Positions 29,930 through 38,984 of a stretch of DNA of 64,000 nt are shown here, piece by piece (position 1 is the stretch's first letter; every line of letters begins with the position of its first letter). The stretch lies in contig CAZAZU010000001.1 in NCBI GenBank assembly GCA_964490105.1, positions 86,706 through 150,705 of the forward strand, given 5' to 3'. Position numbers and translations under genes: made by a program. The notes beneath the pieces were generated by a model. That model saw only the letters and a program-made list of their open reading frames with translations, ran no database searches and had not been told where the DNA came from. Source of the DNA: an uncultured Gammaproteobacteria bacterium (GTDB lineage Bacteria; Patescibacteriota; Microgenomatia; Levybacterales; UBA12049).

Positions 29930-30232
29930 ATGGACGATCAAAATAATCCAACGGTTGGAACTCCAGACCCAAATGCAGGTGGAATGCCACCTCAAGATCC
30001 AGGAGTAGGAGGGGGAATGCCAGCACAGGATCCTAATGCAGGGGGAGGAGTAACTCCACCACCAGCAGAAAATCCAGGAGCAGGAGAAGCACCGGCAGTT
30101 GACCCAAATCAGGGGTGGACACCGCCACCTGCACCCTCAACGCCACCAGCAGCTGACCCAAGCGCAGGAGTACCTGCCGGAGAACCAGCTCAGGGTGGAG
30201 GAGACCAGGGAACAGGACAAGGAGTAGTTTAA
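29930..30232 (+). CDS. Pro/Gly-rich acidic disordered protein (100 aa)
   Basis: SD GGGGGTGA 5 nt before ATG 29930; DP(N/G)xGG repeats; own terminator. Confidence 0.75.
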   Translation: MDDQNNPTVGTPDPNAGGMPPQDPGVGGGMPAQDPNAGGGVTPPPAENPGAGEAPAVDPNQGWTPPPAPSTPPAADPSAGVPAGEPAQGGGDQGTGQGVV

Positions 30233-30260
30233 ATTTCTCTTTGAATTTTTGTTTCGAAAC

Positions 30261-30301
30261 AAAAATAGACTAGCAAAATTTGGAAGCTAGTCTATTTTTT
30301 T
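30261..30301. terminator. Bidirectional intrinsic terminator
   Basis: AAAAATAGACTAGC-11 nt-GCTAGTCTATTTTT perfect 14 bp stem. Confidence 0.85.
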
Positions 30302-30313
30302 GTTTAATGCTAG

Positions 30314-30397
30314 TACCGGGGGAGGGATTCGAACCCTCAAGAGTTTTAAGCCCACGGGTTTTTGAGACCCGCGTGTATACCGTTCCACCACCCCGGC
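30314..30397 (-). tRNA. tRNA-Leu (CAA), CCA not encoded
   Basis: Acceptor GCCGGGG/CCCCGGT, anticodon arm CGGGT-CTCAAAA-ACCCG, long variable arm, GGTTCGAATCC; followed by CTA. Confidence 0.96.
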
Positions 30398-30442
30398 GAT
30401 TAAATATGGATTTTTAGCCTTGTTTATTATATACTTTCAACT

Positions 30443-31399
30443 ATGACACTTCAACAAATTTACGATTTGGCGATCCAGATGGGAATGGACGCTGATCCAA
30501 GGGGAAGAAAAAGAGTAGAAGAACTTCTTAAAAGAAGAAAAAAAGAGTTAGATGAAATCTCTCCTAAAAAGAAACAATACTTTGATAATGAAACCACTAC
30601 AAATCCTTATTCGGATACAAGGATTTTATATGGAGATCCTAAAAAAGAAATAAAGAAGATTTTAGTTGGAATTGATCCTGATGCCACAGAATTATTGCTT
30701 GCAGATCGCCTAAATCAAAAAGGAGAAAAAATCGATGCTCTTATCGGTCATCATCCAGTGGGAGTTTCGCTAGCTGCGCTTCATGATGTGATGGATATTC
30801 AGATTGATAGTTATGCGAAAGCAGGAGTCCCAGTTAATATCATGGATGCTCTCATGCGCGAGCGAATGGATGATGTAAAAAGGAAGATTCATCCAAGTAA
30901 CCATAACCAGATTACAGACGTAGCCAGGCTTTTAGATATGCCGCTTGTCAGTCTTCATACAGTTTGGGATAACATAGGAGACAAATTTATGGAAAATTAT
31001 TTATCGAAAAGAGATTTCGAAACAGTAGATGAGATAGTTGATTATTTAATGGAGCTCCCTGAATATCAGGAGGCAACAAGGGGCAAAAATGCACCTGAAA
31101 TAGTTTCAGGAGGTCCAAAGAGCAGGGTAGGAAAAATTGCAATATTTTTCACAGGAGGAACTAATCCATCTAAAGAAGCATATGCAGAACTCGCGCGTGC
31201 CGGTGTGGGGACAATAGTTGATATGCACATTCCAGAAGACGGTCTTAAGGAAGCTAAAAAAATGCATATGAATGTAATTAATGCAGGTCACATGGCATCG
31301 GACTCAATTGGCGCAAATATATTTTTAGACGAAATTGAAAAGAGGGGAGTAGAGGTTATAGCCGTTTCAGGTTTAATCCGCGTAAAGAAAAAGAAATGA
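30443..31399 (+). CDS. NIF3-like dinuclear metal centre protein
   Basis: GID, HHP, HTVWDN, MH, GHMASD. Confidence 0.85.
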   Translation: MTLQQIYDLAIQMGMDADPRGRKRVEELLKRRKKELDEISPKKKQYFDNETTTNPYSDTRILYGDPKKEIKKILVGIDPDATELLLADRLNQKGEKIDALIGHHPVGVSLAALHDVMDIQIDSYAKAGVPVNIMDALMRERMDDVKRKIHPSNHNQITDVARLLDMPLVSLHTVWDNIGDKFMENYLSKRDFETVDEIVDYLMELPEYQEATRGKNAPEIVSGGPKSRVGKIAIFFTGGTNPSKEAYAELARAGVGTIVDMHIPEDGLKEAKKMHMNVINAGHMASDSIGANIFLDEIEKRGVEVIAVSGLIRVKKKK

Positions 31400-31956
31400 T
31401 TGGCGTACAAGAGCTTCGAGCAGGCACAGTTTTTGAAGAGGACGGAAATTTATATGTAGTGATCTCCTACGAACATATTAAGATGGGGAGAGGATCTGCA
31501 AATATAAAAGTTAAAGTTAGAAATATAAGACAAGGATCTACTACTGAAAAAGGATTTACCAATAACGCAAAAGTTAAAAACGTGCAGGTTTTTAAAAGGG
31601 ATGTCCAGTATTTATATAAAGACGGAGACAATGCATATTTTATGGATCCATCATCTTTCGAGCAAATTTCTGTTCCGCTGGCTCTCATCGGAACAGATGC
31701 TGCTTATTTAAAAGAAGGAGAGAGCTTTAATGTTTCATTCTTGGGTAGTGAGGCATTAGCTTTAAATCTCCCACCTAAAATGGATTTTGTAATTACAGAT
31801 GCAGACCCTGGTGTAAAGGGAAATTCTGCTTCAAATATTTATAAAGATGCCACATTAGATAATGGATTGAAAACTCGCGTTCCTCTTTTTATAAAAATAG
31901 GGGATAAAGTAAGAATCGACACAAGAACCGGAGAATACAGTCAAAAAGTCAATTAA
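31396..31956 (+). CDS. efp: Elongation factor P
   Basis: HIKMGRG loop, YLYKDG, PGVKGNS, VPLFI, DTRTGEY. Confidence 0.96.
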   Translation: MIGVQELRAGTVFEEDGNLYVVISYEHIKMGRGSANIKVKVRNIRQGSTTEKGFTNNAKVKNVQVFKRDVQYLYKDGDNAYFMDPSSFEQISVPLALIGTDAAYLKEGESFNVSFLGSEALALNLPPKMDFVITDADPGVKGNSASNIYKDATLDNGLKTRVPLFIKIGDKVRIDTRTGEYSQKVN

Positions 31957-31958
31957 TT

Positions 31959-33212
31959 ATGCGAAGCCCCTTTTTAAAGGTTCTTTCTATTTCTTCTTTT
32001 TCGTATCTTCTAATCTCTGAATTTTTCTCGCAATTTGCGATGAATCTTCTTAACTTTACGCTTCTAATTGTAGTGTTTCAGTTGTCAGCTTCTAATACTG
32101 CCGTAGCAGGAGTTGTTCTATCTTTTACGCTCCCGTCAATTTTATTTGGAATAATTGCAGGAGTTTATGTAGATAAATGGAACAAGAAGCATGTCTTGGT
32201 TTACACAAATGTCTTAAGAGCTTTGGCAGCATTTCCTCTAATTTTTATTTCCCATGAATTATTTTTTGTATATGTTTTAAGTTTTCTAATTTCTCTTATA
32301 ACGCAATTTTTTATCCCTGCTGAAACTCCTATCATTCCTCTTCTGGTTCCCAAGAAATATTTAATTACTGCAAACGCCCTTTTTAGTATGGGGATTTTTG
32401 GATCTATCATTGTAGCTTATGCTTTGTCGGGACCGCTTTTACTTATATTTGGGAAAACAAATGTATTTATCTTTATCACATTTCTATTTGCAGTATCCGC
32501 TATCTTTGCGTACTTAATAAGATTTAAATATGACAAGCCTAAAGAAAAGATAAAGATAAATTTTTTTGAAGAAGTGAGGGATGCTTTTTCTTTTATGGCA
32601 AAGAAAGATAAAGTATATCACTCTCTATTCCTTTTAACTCTTCTTCAGACGCTAATTTTAGTAATTGCAGTAATTGGTCCTGGTTATGCTGAGAATATTC
32701 TTCATATCGATGTAGAGAAATTCCCGGCGCTTTTCGTGACACCAGCAGTAGTTGGAATGAGCATAGGTGCAGTTTTGATTGGTAATTATTGGCACAACAA
32801 GCCAAAGCAAGTACTAGCTAAAATAGGACTTTTAATAATTGGAATTGTAATACTTCTTTTTCCATACGGATATTTAATAACTTCTCAGGAAACAGTAAGA
32901 AATGTTAATAGTTATATGCCTACTCTCTTGAGTATAAATGATGTTCATATAATGATATTTTTGGCCGTTATAGTAGGATTTGCATTCTCGCTGGTTTTTG
33001 TTCCATCTAACACTTTAATTCAGGAGGAGACTACAGATAGACAACGTGGTAAAATCTATGGATCGTTAAATACTTTAGTCGGAATTGTCTCAATTGTTCC
33101 TATTTTGGGAGTAGGGGCATTAGCAGATTTAATAGGAGTTTCTAAAGTTATTACGTTAATTGGAGTTTCAGTAATTGGAATAGCGCTTTTAAGAATATTT
33201 AAATTTAAATAA
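31959..33212 (+). CDS. MFS transporter
   Basis: About 12 TM; GVYVDKWNKK motif A. Confidence 0.9.
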   Translation: MRSPFLKVLSISSFSYLLISEFFSQFAMNLLNFTLLIVVFQLSASNTAVAGVVLSFTLPSILFGIIAGVYVDKWNKKHVLVYTNVLRALAAFPLIFISHELFFVYVLSFLISLITQFFIPAETPIIPLLVPKKYLITANALFSMGIFGSIIVAYALSGPLLLIFGKTNVFIFITFLFAVSAIFAYLIRFKYDKPKEKIKINFFEEVRDAFSFMAKKDKVYHSLFLLTLLQTLILVIAVIGPGYAENILHIDVEKFPALFVTPAVVGMSIGAVLIGNYWHNKPKQVLAKIGLLIIGIVILLFPYGYLITSQETVRNVNSYMPTLLSINDVHIMIFLAVIVGFAFSLVFVPSNTLIQEETTDRQRGKIYGSLNTLVGIVSIVPILGVGALADLIGVSKVITLIGVSVIGIALLRIFKFK

Positions 33213-33213
33213 T

Positions 33214-33912
33214 ATGCAGTTCTTTATTTTTGTTTTAGTAATTTGTTTAGTTTTATTTCTTTATAGAATTTATCATTTAGCAAATGATGATTATGTCTTA
33301 ATTAAAAAAAACATAACACTTGAAGACATTTTTAATGCTGTATTTGTTTGTTCATTAGTGTCTCTTTTATTTTCGCGCCTTTTTTATGTATTAATGAATC
33401 CGGACCCAGTATTTATTAATCCACTTGGTTTTTTACTTTTTCCATATTTTCCAGGTCTCTCAATAACAGGTGCAATCCTTGGGGGAGCATTAGCGTTATT
33501 CTTTTTTTGCAGAAAGAAAAAAATTCCAAGAGCTAGAGTTTTTGATTTCTTCTCGATGGCATTTATTTTTGTTTTACCTTTTGGATTTCTTGGATACTTT
33601 CTTTTGTCCCAGGATTTTACAACAGGCACTATTGTTAAATTTGCTTTATATACGGTAATTCTAATTGCTTCAAATATTTATCTATACCCAAAAGCAAGCT
33701 CACTTGAAATAAAAGACGGGACAATTAGCGCATTATTTTTGGTATTTTTCTCTTTAATTTCTCTTTTATCTAGCGCAATCGATAATCCTGGAACAAATTA
33801 TTTCATAACTCACAAGGAAAATTTTATTTTACTTTCGATTCTTTTTGTGTCTATAGGAATTATTATTAAACAAGAATTGACAGGTAGAATATCACTTAAG
33901 AATGGAAAATAA
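33214..33912 (+). CDS. Lgt-like membrane protein (degenerate prolipoprotein diacylglyceryl transferase)
   Basis: SRLFYV and GLSITGAILGG resemble Lgt; catalytic signature not evident. Confidence 0.55.
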   Translation: MQFFIFVLVICLVLFLYRIYHLANDDYVLIKKNITLEDIFNAVFVCSLVSLLFSRLFYVLMNPDPVFINPLGFLLFPYFPGLSITGAILGGALALFFFCRKKKIPRARVFDFFSMAFIFVLPFGFLGYFLLSQDFTTGTIVKFALYTVILIASNIYLYPKASSLEIKDGTISALFLVFFSLISLLSSAIDNPGTNYFITHKENFILLSILFVSIGIIIKQELTGRISLKNGK

Positions 33913-34630
33913 TTTAAAAATTTTATTTGAAAATGTAGATTATTTAGTAATTGAAAAACCTGCGGGAATTACAGTAAACAGATCAGATACGACTTCAAAA
34001 GAAATAACCCTTCAGGATTTAATCGAAAAAGAAAACAAGATTAACCCATCTGACCCTGACCAGGAATTTTTAGAAAGGTCGGGAATAGTTCATAGACTTG
34101 ATAAGGAGACTTCAGGAGCCATAATAATTGCAAAAAATTCTAAAGCCTTTAGAGAACTTCAGAGACAATTTAAAGAGAGAATTGTTGAGAAAAGTTACAT
34201 TGCTCTAGCTCACGGGGAAATTAAGCCTGAAAAAGGAGAGATAAACGTGCCAGTCGGCAGACTTCCTTGGAATAGAAAAAGATTTGGAGTAATTGCTGGG
34301 GGAAGGGAAGCATTAACTTACTATGAAGTAGAGAAGTATTATCAGTTTGAACGGGAAACATTAACTTTGGTCAGATTATTTCCCAAAACCGGAAGAACAC
34401 ACCAGATTAGGGTGCATTTAAAGCATATTAATCACCCGATATTTTCTGATCCTTTGTATGGAGGAAGAAAAGTTTCAATATCAGACAGAAAAATTTTACA
34501 CCGGGTATTCCTTCATGCAGAGCAGATTTCTTTTTTAGATCCAAGAACGGGGGATAAAGTTAGTTATAAAAGTGAGTTATCGGATGATTTAGTTAGATTT
34601 TTGAAGTTGATTTCGAGTTCAAGAAATTGA
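33902..34630 (+). CDS. RluA/RluD family pseudouridine synthase
   Basis: KPAG, HRLDKETSG, TGRTHQIRVH, LHA. Confidence 0.95.
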   Translation: MENNLKILFENVDYLVIEKPAGITVNRSDTTSKEITLQDLIEKENKINPSDPDQEFLERSGIVHRLDKETSGAIIIAKNSKAFRELQRQFKERIVEKSYIALAHGEIKPEKGEINVPVGRLPWNRKRFGVIAGGREALTYYEVEKYYQFERETLTLVRLFPKTGRTHQIRVHLKHINHPIFSDPLYGGRKVSISDRKILHRVFLHAEQISFLDPRTGDKVSYKSELSDDLVRFLKLISSSRN

Positions 34631-34655
34631 TAGACTTTAATTAGGAGGTGAGTTT

Positions 34656-34790
34656 ATGCCAGGATTTGGTGGATTTTACAAAGGAGAAAAGAAAAAGGCA
34701 AAAAAAGGTAAGGACGGGAAGGTGATTTCTTCAAACGCTCCTACTTATGTTATGCCTGAGCTGATCTCCAAAAAGAAAAAAGATTGGTAA
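34656..34790 (+). CDS. Small Lys-rich protein (44 aa), not in ORF track
   Basis: SD AGGAGGTGA; MPGFGGFYKGEKKKAKKGKDGKVISSNAPTYVMPELISKKKKDW; TAATG coupling to the next gene. Confidence 0.8.
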   Translation: MPGFGGFYKGEKKKAKKGKDGKVISSNAPTYVMPELISKKKKDW

Positions 34791-35569
34791 TGAAAAAAGC
34801 TAAGAAGGAGAACATCAAGAGTATTAATCTTGCTCTTTATTTTGGTCTTTTAGTTCTTCTAATAATCATAATTTCAGTCTCATTTAAAACAATCGACATA
34901 GTAAGAAAAAGTGAATTTGATAGCAAGAATCGATTTACAGTCGCTGTTTTGAATGATAAAAACGTGGATTTAATTTCTGTAAATCCAACTAGCGGAGAGC
35001 AAATTGGAATTAGAGTAGAAAATGCAGGAAGCTTAGAAGCAGTGGAGAATTTTTCTATTCCAATTGATGTTCATGTTGAGACAAATTCAAGTTTTTCATC
35101 TGAATCAAAAAGTGTTTTTTTGAAAATGCTCCTTAATAAAAGAGGGCTTGAATCGACTCTAAATGTTTTGGATCTTTTGAAATTAAGTATCTATTCATTT
35201 GGTGTTGATGGTGAGAATTTTTCATATCAAAATATTGAATCTGACAGCATAAATGAACTTAATAGTCTTTCATCGAGTGAATTTATAGATGAAGCCATGT
35301 CTCAAGATAAGGTGAGTATTCAAGTAACAAACTCAACTGAAATAGGAGGTCTCGGAAATAAAATCGCAAAAACAATTACAAATCTTGGGGGAAATGTAGT
35401 TCTGGTTAATTCTTCTAAAGAAGAAATAGAGGAGTCAGTAATCTACTATAAAGAAAATTCTTATACTGTTGAAAAACTATCAAAAGTTTTGGATATTAAA
35501 ACTGAAAAAAATGAAACAAATTCAATTGCAGATATAATTATTGTTTTAGGGAAGGATCAAGAAGAATGA
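34790..35569 (+). CDS. TM protein with LytR C-terminal domain (LCP-like)
   Basis: QVTNST..GLG and DIIIVLGKD LytR_C pattern; ATG at 34790. Confidence 0.75.
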   Translation: MKKAKKENIKSINLALYFGLLVLLIIIISVSFKTIDIVRKSEFDSKNRFTVAVLNDKNVDLISVNPTSGEQIGIRVENAGSLEAVENFSIPIDVHVETNSSFSSESKSVFLKMLLNKRGLESTLNVLDLLKLSIYSFGVDGENFSYQNIESDSINELNSLSSSEFIDEAMSQDKVSIQVTNSTEIGGLGNKIAKTITNLGGNVVLVNSSKEEIEESVIYYKENSYTVEKLSKVLDIKTEKNETNSIADIIIVLGKDQEE

Positions 35570-35739
35570 ATATTTTAATTTGGATTGTAATTATCGCATT
35601 GGTGTCATTTTTCTGGGCATTTCTGGCTCTTAAAAAAGAGAAAAATAAAAAAGAATTAAGTGAAGCACAAAAAGATATATCGAAGGGGAGAGTTATATAT
35701 CACTCTTCTGATGATTCGTCAGTTTCTTCTTCGTCATAA
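35566..35739 (+). CDS. Small single-TM protein (57 aa), not in ORF track
   Basis: ATGA overlap with upstream stop; MNILIWIVIIALVSFFWAFLALKKEKNKK... Confidence 0.65.
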   Translation: MNILIWIVIIALVSFFWAFLALKKEKNKKELSEAQKDISKGRVIYHSSDDSSVSSSS

Positions 35740-36401
35740 TCTGCATTTTTCTTAGCTTTTCCTTTGTTTGCCTTTTTAAGACTTAATTTCTTTTCTATTA
35801 CATGCAAGAATGAGGGCTGATCCTTAAACTTAGCGGCTCTTTTCAGTTCTCTAATAAAAATAGTTACATTTTGATGATTTGATGATTTAACAAAAGCTTC
35901 ATATTTATTCCCGCCATTAATAAACTTAATTAGCCTTTTTCCGATATCATCAGGCAAAACTCCTATATACTTTTTGCCCTGAGAAATAAATATCTTTAAT
36001 CTCTTCGCTGATAGATCTAGAGCTTGACCAGTTCTTAAGGTATTTAGTACTTCAGCCTGAGCTAGGTTTATTAGGTCGACAACTTTTGTTTTACCAGTTT
36101 CCTCGATAAAAATATTGTTCATGTTAATTACGATTGTGGCTCCATTTTCATCATTTGAGTCAGCGGTAATTTTACTTAAGTTTTTCAGCGCAATTGAATT
36201 TAACGGATCAATTTCCAGCACTTTTTGATAAGTAGTTTTTGCAGATTTACTTTTGCCAAGAATTGTATAGGCGAGTCCCATTCTATTCAGGGCTTCAACG
36301 TCTCTTGGGTTATCATCAAGGAGAGTTTTGTTAAGTTTAATAGCTTCATCCCAGTTGCCTTTTAGTGTTGCTTGTATGGCGTGATTTGAAGTTATTTTCA
36401 T
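35700..36401 (-). CDS. TPR domain protein
   Basis: AIQATLKGNWDEAI...EALNRMGLAY...VLEIDPLN. Confidence 0.8.
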   Translation of the reverse strand: MKITSNHAIQATLKGNWDEAIKLNKTLLDDNPRDVEALNRMGLAYTILGKSKSAKTTYQKVLEIDPLNSIALKNLSKITADSNDENGATIVINMNNIFIEETGKTKVVDLINLAQAEVLNTLRTGQALDLSAKRLKIFISQGKKYIGVLPDDIGKRLIKFINGGNKYEAFVKSSNHQNVTIFIRELKRAAKFKDQPSFLHVIEKKLSLKKANKGKAKKNADYDEEETDESSEE

Positions 36402-36479
36402 TGGGGATTTAATTGAAAAATTTTACTATTACAAATTGCAAAAGTCAATAATCAAATGGTAAAATGGAGAGATTAAATT

Positions 36480-37202
36480 ATGAGCGGACATTCTAAATGG
36501 TCAACAATTAAAAGACAAAAAGGCGCAGCTGATGTAAAGCGCGGTGCAACTTTCACGAAAATTTCTAATGCTATTACAATTGCGGTGAAACAGGGTGGGG
36601 GAATAGGAGACCCGGATCAGAACCCCAGGCTTCGTTTGGCGATAGAATTAGCAAGAAGCGCTAATATGCCAAAAGACAATATTGAACGCGCCATTACGAG
36701 AGCTACGAGCAAGGAGGCGGGAGATTTAACAGAGCTTACCTATGAAGGGTTTGCACCCGGTGGGGTAGCAGTATTAGTTGAAGCGGTTACGGACAATGCA
36801 AATAGAACAACTAGTGAGGTAAAAAGTCTTTTTAATAAATCAGGGGCAAGTTTTGCTGGTCCTGGAGCTGTTGCATATCAATTTGATCAAACAGGGGAGA
36901 TATCAGTTTTAAAGAATGGAAAGTCAATTGATGATATTTTTCTTCAAGCAGCAGAATTAGGAGCTACGGACGTTGAAGATAGGGGAGAAGAGGTAGCTGT
37001 TTACACTCAAGTTGTAGATTTATCTAAAATTAAAGAGGGACTTATTGCGTCGGGAATTGAAGTAACAGGAGCTGAAATTTCAAGAAAACCTAAGAACGCT
37101 ATGTCTGTCGGGGAAGAACAGAAGGAAAAAATAGTTAATTTCCTGTCAGCGCTTGAGGACATGGATGATATACAAAAAGTTTATTCCAATGTCAGTCTTT
37201 AA
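36480..37202 (+). CDS. yebC: YebC/PmpR family protein
   Basis: MSGHSKWSTIKRQK, NPRLR, YEG, TDN. Confidence 0.96.
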   Translation: MSGHSKWSTIKRQKGAADVKRGATFTKISNAITIAVKQGGGIGDPDQNPRLRLAIELARSANMPKDNIERAITRATSKEAGDLTELTYEGFAPGGVAVLVEAVTDNANRTTSEVKSLFNKSGASFAGPGAVAYQFDQTGEISVLKNGKSIDDIFLQAAELGATDVEDRGEEVAVYTQVVDLSKIKEGLIASGIEVTGAEISRKPKNAMSVGEEQKEKIVNFLSALEDMDDIQKVYSNVSL

Positions 37203-38006
37203 ATGAAGTTTAAATCTTCTGCTTTTTTAAAAAAGAATATTTTCACAAAAAGACAACGCTTCGGTGTTGGTGTACTTATCCTCTCTATCTGTTTGTTTCT
37301 GGTTGAGCATTTCCTAACTAGATCCGGAATATATTTAGTTATTCTACTTTCTTTCTTGACCAATGGATTTCTATATTGGGCGCTTCACAAAGATCTTAAG
37401 GGTAATTTCACGCCACAGGTTTTTATCTTGCCTTTCCTTTATACACTTGCATTTGGTTTGTTCTATTTCTCACTTCCACCGCGTTTACTTGTGCAAACAT
37501 TTTTAACAGTTCTTTATGCAATAGGACTTTACTCTGCATTTCTGAGTCAAAACATTTTCACAATTTCAACCGTTAGAACTATAGCTTTATTATCAAGTGC
37601 TCGAACAGTTTCTTATGTTTTATCAATTTTCGTATACGCTTTTTTCACAAACACAGTATTTAGTTCTCAGTTAAGTTTTTTCATAATACTTCCTTTGATA
37701 TTTATCTATTCATTCCTTCTTATAGTTCATTCGTTGTGGACTTATACGCTGGAAAGGAAAGTAAAAACTGAAATTATTTGGGGAACATTCTTAAGTATCG
37801 CGTTAACTCAAATGTCATTCTTGTTATGGTTCTGGCCAAGTAAGCCACTGGTAATATCACTTTTCCTGACAGGTTTTTACTACATCATAGTAGGACTTGC
37901 TCACTTATGGTTTGAGAAAAGATTATTTAAATCAGTTCTATGGGAATATGTCTGGGTAGCTGTTTTCGTCTTTATAGTATTAGTAGTGTTTACTTCCTGG
38001 ACATAA
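37203..38006 (+). CDS. Polytopic membrane protein (CPR-type)
   Basis: About 9 TM helices; abuts yebC. Confidence 0.75.
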   Translation: MKFKSSAFLKKNIFTKRQRFGVGVLILSICLFLVEHFLTRSGIYLVILLSFLTNGFLYWALHKDLKGNFTPQVFILPFLYTLAFGLFYFSLPPRLLVQTFLTVLYAIGLYSAFLSQNIFTISTVRTIALLSSARTVSYVLSIFVYAFFTNTVFSSQLSFFIILPLIFIYSFLLIVHSLWTYTLERKVKTEIIWGTFLSIALTQMSFLLWFWPSKPLVISLFLTGFYYIIVGLAHLWFEKRLFKSVLWEYVWVAVFVFIVLVVFTSWT

Positions 38007-38160
38007 AAAGGGAAGTGGAGGCTACTAATAGACCAAAATTAAACTCCTATTCTATTATCAGGCACCAAATCGAAAAACATTTTAGGCACAAATTGAGGCT
38101 AAGCATTCTAAAAAATGTCATTAAATAAGACAGGGAAGAGGAGAGTGCTATGTGAGGCTA

Positions 38161-38205
38161 GTGATATAGTTTGATATGGGTAAGGGTGATATAGTGTGAT
38201 ATAGT
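38161..38205 (+). repeat. GTGATATAGT short direct repeats
   Basis: Exact copies at 38161, 38186, 38196; degenerate TTGATATGGG at 38171. Confidence 0.8.
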
Positions 38206-38690
38206 TATTCAGCAAATTATTATAGGACTTAAATGGACAAATTTTAGCCTCATGCATGTAATTTCACGGGTTTTTACAACAATTTTCACAACCTCGCAGG
38301 TCCATACTCACGCCTACAGAGTACCGTAGATAGTTATGTTCTCAGATCGGGAAATGCGACGTGCGTTCATTATACGAAGATTATACTTTCTCTCCTTGCT
38401 CGCTATATTGGTCCTACACAAATCGAAAAAAATACGAACGCTGAGTTAATAACATTTTGAGGCTAAAAAATGTAGTTTAGCTTGATAGATCAATCTAAAT
38501 GTGATCTATGTGGATAACTCTACTTGTAGGGTACTAAGTGGTTTAGGATATTAAGCAAATTACTAACCATTTACACGTCCTAGGGAGTGATCCGTCCTTA
38601 AAACTAAACGTAGTGACTTATATCATTCTCTCTATAAGGATATAACTTTAAAAAAAAGACATATTAGGCGCTAGGAAGTAGAAACTGATA

Positions 38691-38718
38691 ACGTCGTAGA
38701 ATAATACTTTTACGACGT
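38691..38718. other. Putative chromosome dimer resolution (dif) site
   Basis: ACGTCGTAGAA-TAATAC-TTTTACGACGT: 11-6-11 architecture, arms 10/11 complementary; convergence point of core genes; xer gene 2.3 kb away. Confidence 0.8.
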
Positions 38719-38984
38719 CACGGAGGCTAGTATACCCGGAGAAGACCCTTTTTTCTTTCCAATTTTTCTCCTATATTTATTGAAATTTTATAATTCGTTT
38801 TACTTTCCGCTGTCAGATCTCTCTATTTATTTGAATTGCTTAAAATTATTCCGCTCCCCTGCTATAGGATACTATTTTATTTATAATTTGAGGCTAAATG
38901 AGGCTAATTTTCAATTACTATCACACTCATCCAGCCATAGAGTAGTGGTTATTCACGGACTTTTAAAGTAGAAAGGTTTATTGG

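Larger units (their letters stand above)
38018..38906. repeat. Dispersed GAGGCTA heptamer, 8 copies
   Basis: Plus strand at 38018, 38095, 38154, 38459, 38723, 38890, 38900; minus strand at 38245. Confidence 0.85.

Noticed and set aside
38480-38520. Perfect DnaA box (TGTGGATAA, 38509-38517) with nearby GATC words, suggesting oriC
   Set aside because: Only one perfect box, no dnaA/dnaN in the window, and core genes converge on rather than diverge from the region; a terminus fits better, pending GC skew.
38018-38906. GAGGCTA as KOPS
   Set aside because: Orientation does not invert across the dif-like site and the motif is not GGGNAGGG.
37940-38971. ORF-track ORFs 37940-38128 and 38780-38971
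   Set aside because: Short, no start signals, and they overlap the repeat motifs; likely spurious.
38007-38984. Possible CRISPR array in the long intergenic region
   Set aside because: Repeats are only 7-12 bp and irregularly spaced; no cas genes.
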